A DNA stretch of 64,000 bases, from the NCBI GenBank assembly GCA_964016885.1, contig CAXHJY010001472.1, positions 744,001-808,000 on the forward strand, given 5' to 3'. The stretch's first letter is position 1, and every line of letters begins with the position of its first letter. The stretch comes from Eledone cirrhosa. Taxonomy: Eukaryota. The notes under the pieces were generated by a model. The model saw only the letters and a list, made by a program, of their open reading frames with translations. It searched no databases and was not told the DNA's origin. The translations under genes and the position numbers were made by a program. Positions 25,601-39,800 of this stretch are shown here, piece after piece.

Positions 25601-28600
25601 CCCTTGGACACTGGAAATTATAGCCCCTTGGAGGGCTGGAAATTATCTTCCCTTGGACGGCTGGAAATTATCTCCCCTTGATTTTTTTTACAAATTATCT
25701 CCCCCTGATATTTTTTTTACAAATTATCTCCCCCTGATTTTTTTACAAATTATCTCCCCCTGATTTTTTTTACAAATTATCTCCGCCTGATTTTTTTAAA
25801 TATTATCTTCCCTTGGCTGGCGGGAAATTATCTCCCCTTGGACGGTTGGAAATTATCTCCCCTTGCACTGCTGGAAATTATCTCCCCTTGGACGGCTGGA
25901 AATTATCTCCCCTTGCACGGCTGGAAATTATCATCCCCTTGGACGGCTGAAAATTATCTCCCCTTGATTTTTTTTTACAAATTATCTGCCCCTGATTTTT
26001 TTTTACAAATTATCTCCCCCTGATTTTTTTTTACAAATTATCTCCGCCTGATTTTTAAAAAAAAATTATCTCCCCTTAGACGGCTGGAAATTATCTCCCC
26101 TTGGACGGCTGGAAATTATCTCCCCTTGGACGGCTAGAAATTGGACGGCTGAAAATTATCTCCCCTTGGACGGCTGCAAATTATCTCCCCTTGATTTTTT
26201 TTACAAATTATCTCCCCCTGATTTTTTTTTACAAATTATCTCCCCCTGATTTTTTTTTTACAAATTATCTCCCCCTGATTTTTTTTTTTACAAATTATCT
26301 CCCCCTGATTTTTTTTAACAAATTATCTCCGCCTGATTTTTTTAAAAAAATTATCTCCCCTTGGACGGCTGGAAATTATCTCCCCTTGGACGGCTGGAAA
26401 TTATCTCCCCTTGGACGGCTAGAAATTACCTCTCCTTGGACGGCTGAAAATTATCTCCCCTTGGACGGCTGCAAATTATCTCCCCTTGATTTTTTTTACA
26501 AATTATCTCCCCTTGATTTTTTTTTATAAATTATCTCCCCCTGATTTTTTTTACAAATTATCTTCCCTTGGACGGCTGGAAATTATCTCCCCTTGGAAGG
26601 ATGGAAATTATCTCCCCTTGGACGGCTGGAAATTATCTCCCCTTGCACGGCTGGAAATTATCTCCCCTTGGACAGCTGGAAATTATCTGCCCTTGATTTT
26701 TTTTTTACAAATTATCTCCCCCTGATTTTTTTTTACAAATTATCTCCCCCTGATTTTTTTTTTACAAATTATCTCCGCCTGATTTTTTTTTAAAATTATC
26801 TCCCCTTGGACGGCTGGAAATTATCTCCCCTTGGACGGCTGGAAATTATCTTCCCTTGGACGGCTAGAAATTACCTCTCCTTGGACGGCTGAAAATTATC
26901 TCCCCTTGGACGGCTGGAAATTATCTCCCCTTGATTTTTTTACAAATTATCTGCCCCTGATTTTTTTTTACAAATTATCTCCCCCTGATTTTTTTTTACA
27001 AATTATCTCCCCCTGATTTTTTTTTACAAATTATCTCCCCCTGATTTTTTTTTTACAAATTATCTCCCCCTGATTTTTTTACAAATTATCTCCCCCTGAT
27101 TTTTTTTACAATCTCCGCCTGATTTTTTAAAAAATTATCTTCCCTTGGCTGGCGGGAAATTATCTCCCCTTGGACGGCTGGAAATTATCTCCCCTTGGCT
27201 GGAAATTATCTCCCCTTGGACACTGGAAATTATAGCCCCTTGGAGGGCTGGAAATTATCTTCCCTTGGACGGCTGGAAATTATCTCCCCTTGATTTTTTT
27301 ACAAATTATCTGCCCCTGATTTTTTTTTTACAAATTATCTCCCCCTGATTTTTTTTTACAAATTATCTACCCCTGATTTTTTTTACAAATTATCTCCCCC
27401 TGATTTTTTTTTTACAAATTGTCTCCCCCTGATTTTTTTAAAAATGATCTCCCCTTGGACGGCTGGAAATGATCTCCCCTTGGCTGGTTGGAAATTATCT
27501 CCCCTTGGACCGCTAGAAATTATCTCTCCTTGGACGGCTGGAAATTATTTCCCCTTGATTTTTATTACAAATCTCCCCCTAATTTAAAAAAAAATTATCT
27601 CCCCTTCGCTGGCTGGAAATTATCTCCCTTTGGACGGCTGGAAATTATAGCCCCTTGTAGGGCTGGAAATTATCTCCCCTTGGACGGCTGGAAATTATCT
27701 CCCCTTGATTTTTTTTACAAATTATCTCCCCCTGATTTTTTAAAAAATGATCTCCCCTTGGACGGCTGGAAATGATCTCCCCTTGGCTGGTTGGAAATTA
27801 TCTCCCCTTGGACCGCTAGAAATTATCTCTCCTTGGATGGCTGGAAATTATCTCCCCTTGATTTTTTTACAAATTATCTCCCCCTGATTTTTTTTACAAA
27901 TCTCCCAGTGATTTTTAAAAAAAATTTTCTCCCCTTCGCTGGCTGGAAATTATCTCCCCTTGGACGCTGGAAATTATAGCCCCTTGGAAGGCTGGAAATT
28001 ATCTTCCCTTGGACGGCTGGAAATTATCTCCCCTTGATTTTTTTTTACAAATTATCTCCCCCTGATTTTTTTTTTTACAAATTATCTCCCCCTGATTTTT
28101 TTTAACAAATTATCTCCGCCTGATTTTTTTAAAAAAATTATCTCCCTTTGGACGGCTGGAAATTATCTCCCCTTGGACGGCTGGAAATTATCTCCCCTTG
28201 GACGGCTAGAAATTACCTCTCCTTGGACGGCTGAAAATTATCTCCCCTTGGACGGCTGCAAATTATCTCCCCTTGATTTTTTTTACAAATTATCTCCCCT
28301 TGATTTTTTTTTACAAATTATCTCCCCCTGATTTTTTTTACAAATTATCTTCCCTTGGACGGCTGGAAATTATCTCCCCTTGGAAGGATGGAAATTATCT
28401 CCCCTTGGACGGCTGGAAATTATCTCCCCTTGCACGGCTGGAAATTATCTCCCCTTGGACAGCTGGAAATTATCTGCCCTTGATTTTGTTTTTACAAATT
28501 ATCTCCCCCTGATTTTTTTTACAAATTATCTCCACCTGATTTTTTTAAAAATTATCTCCCCTTGGACGGCTGGAAATTATCTCCCCTTGGCTGGAAATTA

Positions 28601-30818
28601 TCTCCCCTTGGACGGCTAGAAATTATCTCTCTTTGGACGGCTGGAAATTATCTCCCTTTGATTTTTTTAACAAATTATCTCCCTCTGATTTTTTTTACAA
28701 ATCTCCCCCTGATTTTTTTAAAAAAATTATCTCCCCTTCGCTGGCTGGAAATTATCTCCCCTTGGACACTGGAAATTATAGCCCCCTGGAGGGCTGGAAA
28801 TTATCTTCCCTTGGACGGCTGGAAATTATCTCCCCTTGATTTTTTTTACAAATTATCTCCCCCTGATTTTTTTTTACAAATTATCTCCCCCTGATTTTTT
28901 TTACAAATTATCTCCCCCTGATTTTTTTTACAAATTATCTCCCCCTGATATTTTTTTTAGAAATTATCTCCGCCTGATTTTTTTTTTAAAATTATCTCCC
29001 CTTGGACGGCTGGAAATTATCTCCCCTTGGACGGCTGGAAATTATCTCCCCTTGAACGGCTAGAAATTACCTCTCCTTGGACGGCTGAAAATTATCTCCC
29101 CTTGGACGGCTGCAAATTATCTCCCCTTGATTTTTTTTACAAATTATCTCCCCCTGATTTTTTTTTTACAAATTATCTCCCCCTGATTTTTTTTTTACAA
29201 ATCTCCGCCTGATTTTAAAAAAAAATTATCTCCCCTTGGACGGCTGGAAATTATCTCCCCTTGGACGGCTGGAAATTATTTTCCCTTGGACGGCTAGAAA
29301 TTACCTCTCCTTGGACGGCTGAAAATTATCTCCCCTTGGACGGCTGGAAATTATCTCCCCTTGATTTTTTTACAAATTATCTGCCCCTGATTTTTTTTTT
29401 ACAAATTATCTCCCCCTGATTTTTTTAAAAATGATCTCCCCTTGGACGGCTGGAAATGATCTCCCCTTGGCTGGTTGGAAATTATCTCCCCTTGGACCGC
29501 TAGAAATAATCTCTCCTTGGACGGCTGGAAATTATCTCCCCTTGATTTTTTTTACAAATCTCCCCCTAATTTAAAAAAAAATTATCTCCCCTTCGCTGGC
29601 TGGAAATTATCTCCCTTTGGACGGCTGGAAATTATAGCCCCTTGTAGGGCTGGAAATTATCTCCCCTTGGACGGCTGGAAATTATCTCCCCTTGATTTTC
29701 TTTACAAATTATCTCCCCCTGACTTTTTAAAAAATGATCTCCCCTTGGACGGCTGGAAATGATCTCCCCTTGGCTGGTTGGAAATTTTCTCCCCTTGGAC
29801 GGCTGAAAATTATCTCCCCTTGGACGGCTGCAAATTATCTCCCCTTGATTTTTTTTACAAATTATCTCCCCTTGATTTTTTTTTACAAATTATCTCCCCC
29901 TGATTTTTTTTACAAATTATCTTCCCTTGGACGGCAGGAAATTATCTCCCCTTGGAAGGATGGAAATTATCTCCCCTTGGACGGCTGGAAATTATCTCCC
30001 CTTGCACGGCTGGAAATTATCTCCCCTTGGACAGCTGGAAATTATCTGCCCTTGATTTTGTTTTTACAAATTATCTCCCCCTGATTTTTTTTACAAATTA
30101 TCTCCACCTGATTTTTTTAAAAATGATCTCCCCTTGGACGGCTGGAAATGATCTCCCCTTGGCTGGTTGGAAATTTTCTCCCCTTGGACCGCTAGAAATT
30201 ATCTCTCCTTGGACGGCTGGAAATTATCTCCCCTTGATTTTTTTACAAATTATCTCCCCCTGATTTTTTTTACAAATCTCCCAGTGATTTTTTAAAAAAA
30301 TTATCTCCCCTTCGCTGGCTGGAAATTATCTCCCCTTGGACGCTGGAAATTATAGCCCCTTGGAGGGCTGGAAATTATCTTCCCTTGGACGGCTGGAAAT
30401 TATCTCCCCTTGATTTTTTTTACAAATTATCTCCCCCTGATTTTTTTTTACAAATTATCTCCCCCTGATTTTTTTTACAAATTATCTCCCCCTGATTTTT
30501 TTTAACAAATTATCTCCCCTTGGACGGCTGGAAATTATCTCCCCTTGGACGGCTGGAAATTATCTCCCCTTGGACGGCTAGAAATTACCTCTCCTTGGAC
30601 AGCTGAAAATTATCTCCCCTTGGACGGCTGCAAATTATCTCCCCTTGATTTTTTTTTACAAATTATCTCCCCCTGATTTTTTTTACAAATTATCTCCCCC
30701 TGATTTTTTTCACAAATTATCTCCCCCTGATTTTTTTTACAAAATATCTCCCCCTGATTTTTTTACAAATTATCTCCCCCTGATTTTTTTTACAATCTCC
30801 GCCTGATTTTTTTAAAAA
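22655..30818 (+). repeat. 8,163-bp HOR variant unit
   Basis: Constant ORF-track offsets of 8,163-8,164 (21312/29475, 22666/30829, 23645/31808, 24837/33000, 26101/34265). Seen again at 51000/59164 and 52529/60693. Confidence 0.9.
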
Positions 30819-33800
30819 TTATCTTGCCTTGGCTGGCTGGAAATTATCTCCCCTTGGACGGCTGGAAATTATCTCCCCTTGGAAGGATGGAAATTATCTC
30901 CCCTTGGACGGCTGGAAATTATCTCCCCTTGCACGGCTGGAAATTATCTCCCCTTGGACAGCTGGAAATTATCTGCCCTTGATTTTGTTTTTACAAATTA
31001 TGTTCCCCTGATTTTTTTTACAAATTATCTCCACCTGATTTTTTAAAAAATTATCTCCCCTTGGACGGCTGGAAATTATCTCCCCTTGGTTGGAAATTAT
31101 CTCCCCTTGGACGGCTAGAAATTATCTCTGTTTGGACGAATGGAAATTATCTCCCTTTGATTTTTTTAACAAATTATCTCCCTCTGATTTTTTTTACAAA
31201 TCTCCCCCTGATTTTTTTAAAAAAATTATCTCCCCTTCGCTGGCTGGAAATTATCTCCCCTTGGACACTGGAAATTATAGCCCCCTGGAGGGCTGGAAAT
31301 TATCTTCCCTTGGACGGCTGGAAATTATCTCCCCTTGATTTTTTTTACAAATTATCTCCCCCTGATTTTTTTTTTACAAATTATCTCCCCCTGATTTTTT
31401 TTACAAATTATCTCCCCCTGATTTTTTTACAAATTATCTCCGCCTGATTTTTTTAAAAATTATCTTCCCTTGGCTGGCGGGAAATTATCTCCCCTTGGAC
31501 GGCTGGAAATTATCTCCCCTTGGAAGGATGGAAATTATCTCCCCTTGGACAGCTGGAAATTATCTCCCCTTGGACGGCTGAAAATTATCTCCCCTTGATT
31601 TTTTTTTTACAAATTATCTCCCCCTGATTTTTTTTTACAAATTATCTCCCCCTGATTTTTTTTTTACAAATTATCTCTCCCTGATTTTTTTTTACAAATA
31701 TCTCCCCTTGGCTGGCTGGAAATTATCTCCCCTTGGACGGTTGGAAATTATCTCCCCTTGGACGGCTGGAAATTATCTCCCCTTGAACGGCTGGAAATTA
31801 TCTCCTCTTGGACGGCTGGAAATTATCTCCCCTTGGACGGCTGGAAATTATCTCCCCTTGGACCGCTAGAAATTATCTCTCCTTGGACGGCTGGAAATTA
31901 TCTCCCCTTGATTTTTCTACAAATTATCTCGTCCTGATTTTTTTTACAAATCTCCCAGTGATTTTTAAAAAAAAATTATCTCCCCTTCGCTGGCTGGAAA
32001 TTATCTCACCTTGGACGCTGGAAATTATAGCCCCTTGGAGGGCTGGAAATTATCTTCACTTGGACGGCTGGAAATTATCTCCCCTTGATTTTTTTTACAA
32101 ATTATCTCCCCCTGATTTTTTTTTACAAATTATCTCCCCCGGATTTTTTTTTATAAATTATCTCCCCCTGATTTTTTTTAACAAATTATCTCCGCCTGAT
32201 TTTTAAAAAAAAATTATCTCCCCTTAGACGGCTGGAAATTATCTCCCCTTGGACGGCTGGAAATTATCTCCCCTTGGACGGCTAGAAATTAGACGGCTGA
32301 AAATTATCTCCCCTTGGACGGCTGCAAATAATCTCCCCTTGATTTTTTTTACAAATTATCTCCCCCTGATTTTTTTTTACAAATTATCTCCCCCTGATTT
32401 CTTTTTACAAATTATCTCCCCCTGATTTTTTTTTACAAATTATCTACCCCTGATTTTTTTTTACAAATTATCTCCCCCTGATTTTTTTTTACAAATAATC
32501 TCCCCCTGATTTTTTTTTACAAATTATCTCCCCCTGATTTTTTTTTTACAAATTATCTCCCCCTGATTTTTTTACAAATTATCTCCCCCTGATTTTTTTT
32601 ACAATCTCCGCCTGATTTTTTAAAAAATGATCTCCCCTTGGACGGCTGGAAATGATCTCCCCTTGGCTGGTTGGAAATTATCTCCCCTTGGACCGCTAGA
32701 AATTATCTCTCCTTGGACGGCTGGAAATTATCTCCCCTTGATTTTTTTACAAATTATCTCCCCCTGATTTTTTTTACAAATCTCCCAGTGATTTTTTAAA
32801 AAAAATTATCTCCCCTTCGCTGGCTGGAAATTATCTCCCCTTGGACGCTGGAAATTATAGCCCCCTTGGAGGGCTGGAAATTATCTTCCCTTGGACGGCT
32901 GGAAATTATCTCCCCTTGATTTTTTTTTACAAATTATCTCCCCCTGATTTTTTTTTACAAATTATCTCCGCCTGATTTTTTAAAAAAAATTATCTCCCCT
33001 TGGACGGCTGGAATTATCTCCCCTTGGACGGCTGGAAATTATCTCCCCTTGGACGGCTAGAAATTACCTCTCCTTGGACGGCTGAAAATTATCTCCCCTT
33101 GGACGGCTGCAAATTATCTCCCCTTGATTTTTTTTACAAATTATCTTCCCCTGATTTTTTTTTACAAATTATCTACCCCTGATTTTTTTTACAAATTATC
33201 TCCCCCTGATTTTTTTTTACAAATTATCTCCCCCTGATTTTTTTTTACAAATTATCTCCCCCTGATTTTTTTACAAATTATCTCCCCCTGATTTTTTTTA
33301 CAATCTCCGCCTGATTTTTTAAAAAATAATCTTCCCTTGGCTGGCGGGAAATTATCTCCCCTTGGACGGCTGGAAATTATCTCCCCTTGGAAGGATAGAA
33401 ATTATCTCCCCTTGGACGGCTGGAAATTATCTCCCCTTGCACGGCTGGAAATTATCTCCCCTTGGACAGCTGGAAATTATCTGCCCTTGATTTTGTTTTT
33501 ACAAATTATCTCCCCCTGATTTTTTTTACAAATTATCTCCACCTGATTTTTTAAAAAATTATCTCCCCTTGGACGGCTGGAAATTATCTCCCCTTGGCTG
33601 GAAATTATCTCCCCTTGGACGGCTAGAAATTATCTCTCTTTGGACGGCTGGAAATTATCTCCCTTTGATTTTTTTACAAATTATCTCCCTCTGATTTTTT
33701 TTACAAATCTCCCCCTGATTTTTAAAAAAAAATTATCTCCCCTTCGCTGGCTGGAAATTATCTCCCCTTGGACACTGGAAATTATAGCCCCTTGGAGGGC

Positions 33801-36800
33801 TGGAAATTATCTTCCCTTGGACGGCTGGAAATTATCTCCCCTTGATTTTTTTTACAAATTATCTCCCCATGATATTTTTTTTACAAATTATCTCCCCCTG
33901 ATTTTTTTACAAATTATCTCCCCCTGATTTTTTTTACAAATTATCTCCGCCTGATTTTTTTAAATATTATCTTCCCTTGGCTGGCGGGAAATTATCTCCC
34001 CTTGGACGGTTGGAAATTATCTCCCCTTGCACTGCTGGAAATTATCTCCCCTTGGACGGCTGGAAATTATCTCCCCTTGCACGGCTGGAAATTATCATCC
34101 CCTTGGACGGCTGAAAATTATCTCCCCTTGATTTTTTTTTACAAATTATCTGCCCCTGATTTTTTTTTACAAATTATCTCCCCCTGATTTTTTTTTACAA
34201 ATTATCTCCGCCTGATTTTTAAAAAAAAATTATCTCCCCTTAGACGGCTGGAAATTATCTCCCCTTGGACGGCTGGAAATTATCTCCCCTTGGACGGCTA
34301 GAAATTGGACGGCTGAAAATTATCTCCCCTTGGACGGCTGCAAATTATCTCCCCTTGATTTTTTTTACAAATTATCTCCCCCTGATTTTTTTTTACAAAT
34401 TATCTCCCCCTGATTTTTTTTTTACAAATTATCTCCCCCTGATTTTTTTTACAAATTATCTCCCCCTGATTTTTTTTACAATCTCCGCCTGATTTTTTAA
34501 AAAATTATCTTCCCTTGGCTGGCGGGAAATTATCTCCCCTTGGACGGCTGGAAATTATCTCCCCTTGGCTGGAAATTATCTCCCCTTGGACACTGGAAAT
34601 TATAGCCCCTTGGAGGGCTGGAAATTATCTTCCCTTGGACGGCTGGAAATTATCTCCCCTTGATTTTTTTACAAATTATCTGCCCCTGATTTTTTTTTAC
34701 AAATTATCTCCCCCTGATTTTTTTTTACAAATTATCTACCCCTGATTTTTTTTACAAATTATCTCCCCCTGATTTTTTTTTTACAAATTATCTCCCCCTG
34801 ATTTTTTTAAAAATGATCTCCCCTTGGACGGCTGGAAATGATCTCCCCTTGGCTGGTTGGAAATTATCTCCCCTTGGACCGCTAGAAATTATCTCTCCTT
34901 GGACGGCTGGAAATTATTTCCCCTTGATTTTTTTTACAAATCTCCCCCTAATTTAAAAAAAAATTATCTCCCCTTCGCTGGCTGGAAATTATCTCCCTTT
35001 GGACGGCTGGAAATTATAGCCCCTTGTAGGGCTGGAAATTATCTCCCCTTGATTTTTTTTACAAATTATCTCCCCCTGATTTTTTTAAAAATGATCTCCC
35101 CTTGGACGGCTGGAAATGATCTCCCCTTGGCTGGTTGGAAATTATCTCCCCTTGGACCGCTAGAAATTATCTCTCCTTGGATGGCTGGAAATTATCTCCC
35201 CTTGATTTTTCTACAAATTATCTCCCCCTGATTTTTTTTACAAATCTCCCAGTGATTTTTAAAAAAAATTTTCTCCCCTTCGCTGGCTGGAAATTATCTC
35301 CCCTTGGACGCTGGAAATTATAGCCCCTTGGAAGGCTGGAAATTATCTTCCCTTGGACGGCTGGAAATTATCTCCCCTTGATTTTTTTTACAAATTATCT
35401 CCCCCTGATTTTTTTTTTTACAAATTATCTCCCCCTGATTTTTTTTAACAAATTATCTCCCCTTTGACGGCTGGAAATTATCTCCCCTTGGACGGCTGGA
35501 AATTATCTCCCCTTGGACGGCTGGAAATTATCTCCCCTTGGACGGCTAGAAATTACCTCTCCTTGGACGGCTGAAAATTATCTCCCCTTGGACGGCTGCA
35601 AATTATCTCCCCTTGATTTTTTTTACAAATTATCTCCCCTTGATTTTTTTTACAAATTATCTCCCCCTGATTTTTTTTACAAATTATCTTCCCTTGGACG
35701 GCTGGAAATTATCTCCCCTTGGAAGGATGGAAATTATCTCCCCTTGGACGGCTGGAAATTATCTCCCCTTGCACGGCTGGAAATTATCTCCCCTTGGACA
35801 GCTGGAAATTATCTGCCCTTGATTTTGTTTTTACAAATTATCTCCCCCTGATTTTTTTTACAAATTATCTCCACCTGATTTTTTTAAAAATTATCTCCCC
35901 TTGGACGGCTGGAAATTATCTCCCCTTGGCTGGAAATTATCTCCCCTTGGACGGCTAGAAATTATCTCTCTTTGGACGGCTGGAAATTATCTCCCTTTGA
36001 TTTTTTTAACAAATTATCTCCCTCTGATTTTTTTTACAAATCTCCCCCTGATTTTTTTAAAAAAATTATCTCCCCTTCGCTGGCTGGAAATTATCTCCCC
36101 TTGGACACTGGAAATTATAGCCCCCTGGAGGGCTGGAAATTATCTTCCCTTGGACGGCTGGAAATTATCTCCCCTTGATTTTTTTTACAAATTATCTCCC
36201 CCTGATTTTTTTTTACAAATTATCTCCCCCTGATTTTTTTTACAAATTATCTCCCCCTGATTTTTTTTTACAAATTATCTCCCCCTGATATTTTTTTTAC
36301 AAATTATCTCCGCCTGATTTTTAAAAAAAAATTATCTCCCCTTGGACGGCTGGAAATTATCTCCCCTTGGACGGCTGGAAATTATCTCCCCTTGGACGGC
36401 TAGAAATTACCTCTCCTTGGACGGCTGAAAATTATCTCCCCTTGGACGGCTGCAAATTATCTCCCCTTGATTTTTTTTACAAATTATCTCCCCCTGATTT
36501 TTTCTTTACAAATTATCTCCCCCTGATTTTTTTTTTACAAATCTCCGCCTGATTTTTAAAAAAAATTATCTCCCCTTGGACGGCTGGAAATTATCTCCCC
36601 TTGGACGGCTGGAAATTATCTTCCCTTGGACGGCTAGAAATTACCTCTCCTTGGACGGCTGAAAATTATCTCCCCTTGGACGGCTGGAAATTATCTCCCC
36701 TTGATTTTTTTACAAATTATCTGCCCCTGATTTTTTTTTTACAAATTATCTCCCCCTGATTTTTTTAAAAATGATCTCCCCTTGGACGGCTGGAAATGAT

Positions 36801-39800
36801 CTCCCCTTGGCTGGTTGGAAATTATCTCCCCTTGGACCGCTAGAAATAATCTCTCCTTGGACGGCTGGAAATTATCTCCCCTTGATTTTTTTTACAAATC
36901 TCCCCCTAATTTAAAAAAAAATTATCTCCCCTTCGCTGGCTGGAAATTATCTCCCTTTGGACGGCTGGAAATTATAGCCCCTTGTAGGGCTGGAAATTAT
37001 CTCCCCTTGGACGGCTGGAAATTATCTCCCCTTGATTTTCTTTACAAATTATCTCCCCCTGACTTTTTTAAAAATGATCTCCCCTTGGACGGCTGGAAAT
37101 GATCTCCCCTTGGCTGGTTGGAAATTTTCTCCCCTTGGACCGCTAGAAATTATCTCTCCTTGGACGGCTGGAAATTATCTCCCCTTGATTTTTTTACAAA
37201 TTATCTCCCCCTGATTTTTTTTACAAATCTCCCAGTGATTTTTTAAAAAAATTATCTCCCCTTCGCTGGCTGGAAATTATCTACCCTTGGACGCTGGAAA
37301 TTATAGCCCCTTGGAGGGCTGGAAATTATCTTCCCTTGGACGGCTGGAAATTATCTCCCCTTGATTTTTTTTTACAAATTATCTCCCCCTGATTTTTTTT
37401 TACAAATTATCTCCCCCTGATTTTTTTTACAAATTATCTCCCCCTGATTTTTTTTAACAAATTATCTCCCCTTGGACGGCTGGAAATTATCTCCCCTTGG
37501 ACGGCTGGAAATTATCTCCCCTTGGACGGCTAGAAATTACCTCTCCTTGGACAGCTGAAAATTATCTCCCCTTGGACGGCTGCAAATTATCTCCCCTTGA
37601 TTTTTTTTACAAATTATCTCCCCTTGATTTTTTTTTACAAATTATCTCCCCCTGATTTTTTTTACAAATTATCTCCCCCTGATTTTTTTTTACAAATTAT
37701 CTCCCCCTGATTTTTTTTACAAAATATCTCCCCCTGATTTTTTTACAAATTATCTCCCCCTGATTTTTTTTACAATCTCCGCCTGATTTTTTTAAAAATT
37801 ATCTTGCCTTGGCTGGCTGGAAATTATCTCCCCTTGGACGGCTGGAAATTATCTCCCCTTGGAAGGATGGAAATTATCTCCCCTTGGACGGCTGGAAATT
37901 ATCTCCCCTTGCACGGCTGGAAATTATCTCCCCTTGGACAGCTGGAAATTATCTGCCCTTGATTTTGTTTTTACAAATTATGTTCCCCTGATTTTTTTTA
38001 CAAATTATCTCCACCTGATTTTTTAAAAAATTATCTCCCCTTGGACGGCTGGAAATTATCTCCCCTTGGTTGGAAATTATCTCCCCTTGGACGGCTAGAA
38101 ATTATCTCTGTTTGGACGGCTGGAAATTATCTCCCTTTGATTTTTTTAACAAATTATCTCCCTCTGATTTTTTTTACAAATCTCCCCCTGATTTTTTTAA
38201 AAAAATTATCTCCCCTTCGCTGGCTGGAAATTATCTCCCCTTGGACACTGGAAATTATAGCCCCCTGGAGGGCTGGAAATTATCTTCCCTTGGACGGCTG
38301 GAAATTATCTCCCCTTGATTTTTTTTACAAATTATCTCCCCCTGATTTTTTTTTTACAAATTATCTCCCCCTGATTTTTTTTACAAATTATCTCCCCCTG
38401 ATTTTTTTACAAATTATCTCCGCCTGATTTTTTTAAAAATTATCTTCCCTTGGCTGGCGGGAAATTATCTCCCCTTGGACGGCTGGAAATTATCTCCCCT
38501 TGGAAGGATGGAAATTATCTCCCCTTGGACAGCTGGAAATTATCTCCCCTTGGACGGCTGAAAATTATCTCCCCTTGATTTTTTTTTTACAAATTATCTC
38601 CCCCTGATTTTTTTTTACAAATTATCTCCCCCTGATTTTTTTTTTACAAATTATCTCTCCCTGATTTTTTTTTACAAATATCTCCCCTTGGCTGGCTGGA
38701 AATTATCTCCCCTTGGACGGTTGGAAATTATCTCCCCTTGGACGGCTGGAAATTATCTCCCCTTGGACGGCTGGAAATTATCTCCTCTTGGACGGCTGGA
38801 AATTATCTCCCCTTGGACGGCTGGAAATTATCTGCCCTTGATTTTTTTTTACAAATTATCTCCCCCTGATTTTTTTAAAAATGATCTCCCCTTGGACGGC
38901 TGGAAATGATCTCCCCTTGGCTGGTTGGAAATTATCTCCCCTTGGACCGCTAGAAATTATCTCTCCTTGGACGGCTGGAAATTATCTCCCCTTGATTTTT
39001 TTACAAATTATCTCGTCCTGATTTTTTTTACAAATCTCCCAGTGATTTTTAAAAAAAAATTATCTCCCCTTCGCTGGCTGGAAATTATCTCACCTTGGAC
39101 GCTGGAAATTATAGCCCCTTGGAGGGCTGGAAATTATCTTCACTTGGACGGCTGGAAATTATCTCCCCTTGATTTTTTTTACAAATTATCTCCCCCTGAT
39201 TTTTTTTTACAAATTATCTCCCCCGGATTTTTTTTATAAATTATCTCCCCCTGATTTTTTTTAACAAATTATCTCCGCCTGATTTTAAAAAAAAAATTAT
39301 CTCCCCTTAGACGGCTGGAAATTATCTCCCCTTGGACGGCTGGAAATTATCTCCCCTTGGACGGCTAGAAATTGGACGGCTGAAAATTATCTCCCCTTGG
39401 ACGGCTGCAAATTATCTCCCCTTGATTTTTTTTACAAATTATCTCCCCCTGATTTTTTTTTACAAATTATCTCCCCCTGATTTTTTTTTACAAATTATCT
39501 CCCCCTGATTTTTTTTTACAAATTATCTACCCCTGATTTTTTTTTACAAATTATCTCCCCCTGATTTTTTTTTACAAATTATCTCCCCCTGATTTTTTTT
39601 TACAAATTATCTCCCCCTGATTTTTTTTTTACAAATTATCTCCCCCTGATTTTTTTACAAATTATCTCCCCCTGATTTTTTTTACAATCTCCGCCTGATT
39701 TTTTAAAAAATGATCTCCCCTTGGACGGCTGGAAATGATCTCCCCTTGGCTGGTTGGAAATTATCTCCCCTTGGACCGCTAGAAATTATCTCTCCTTGGA

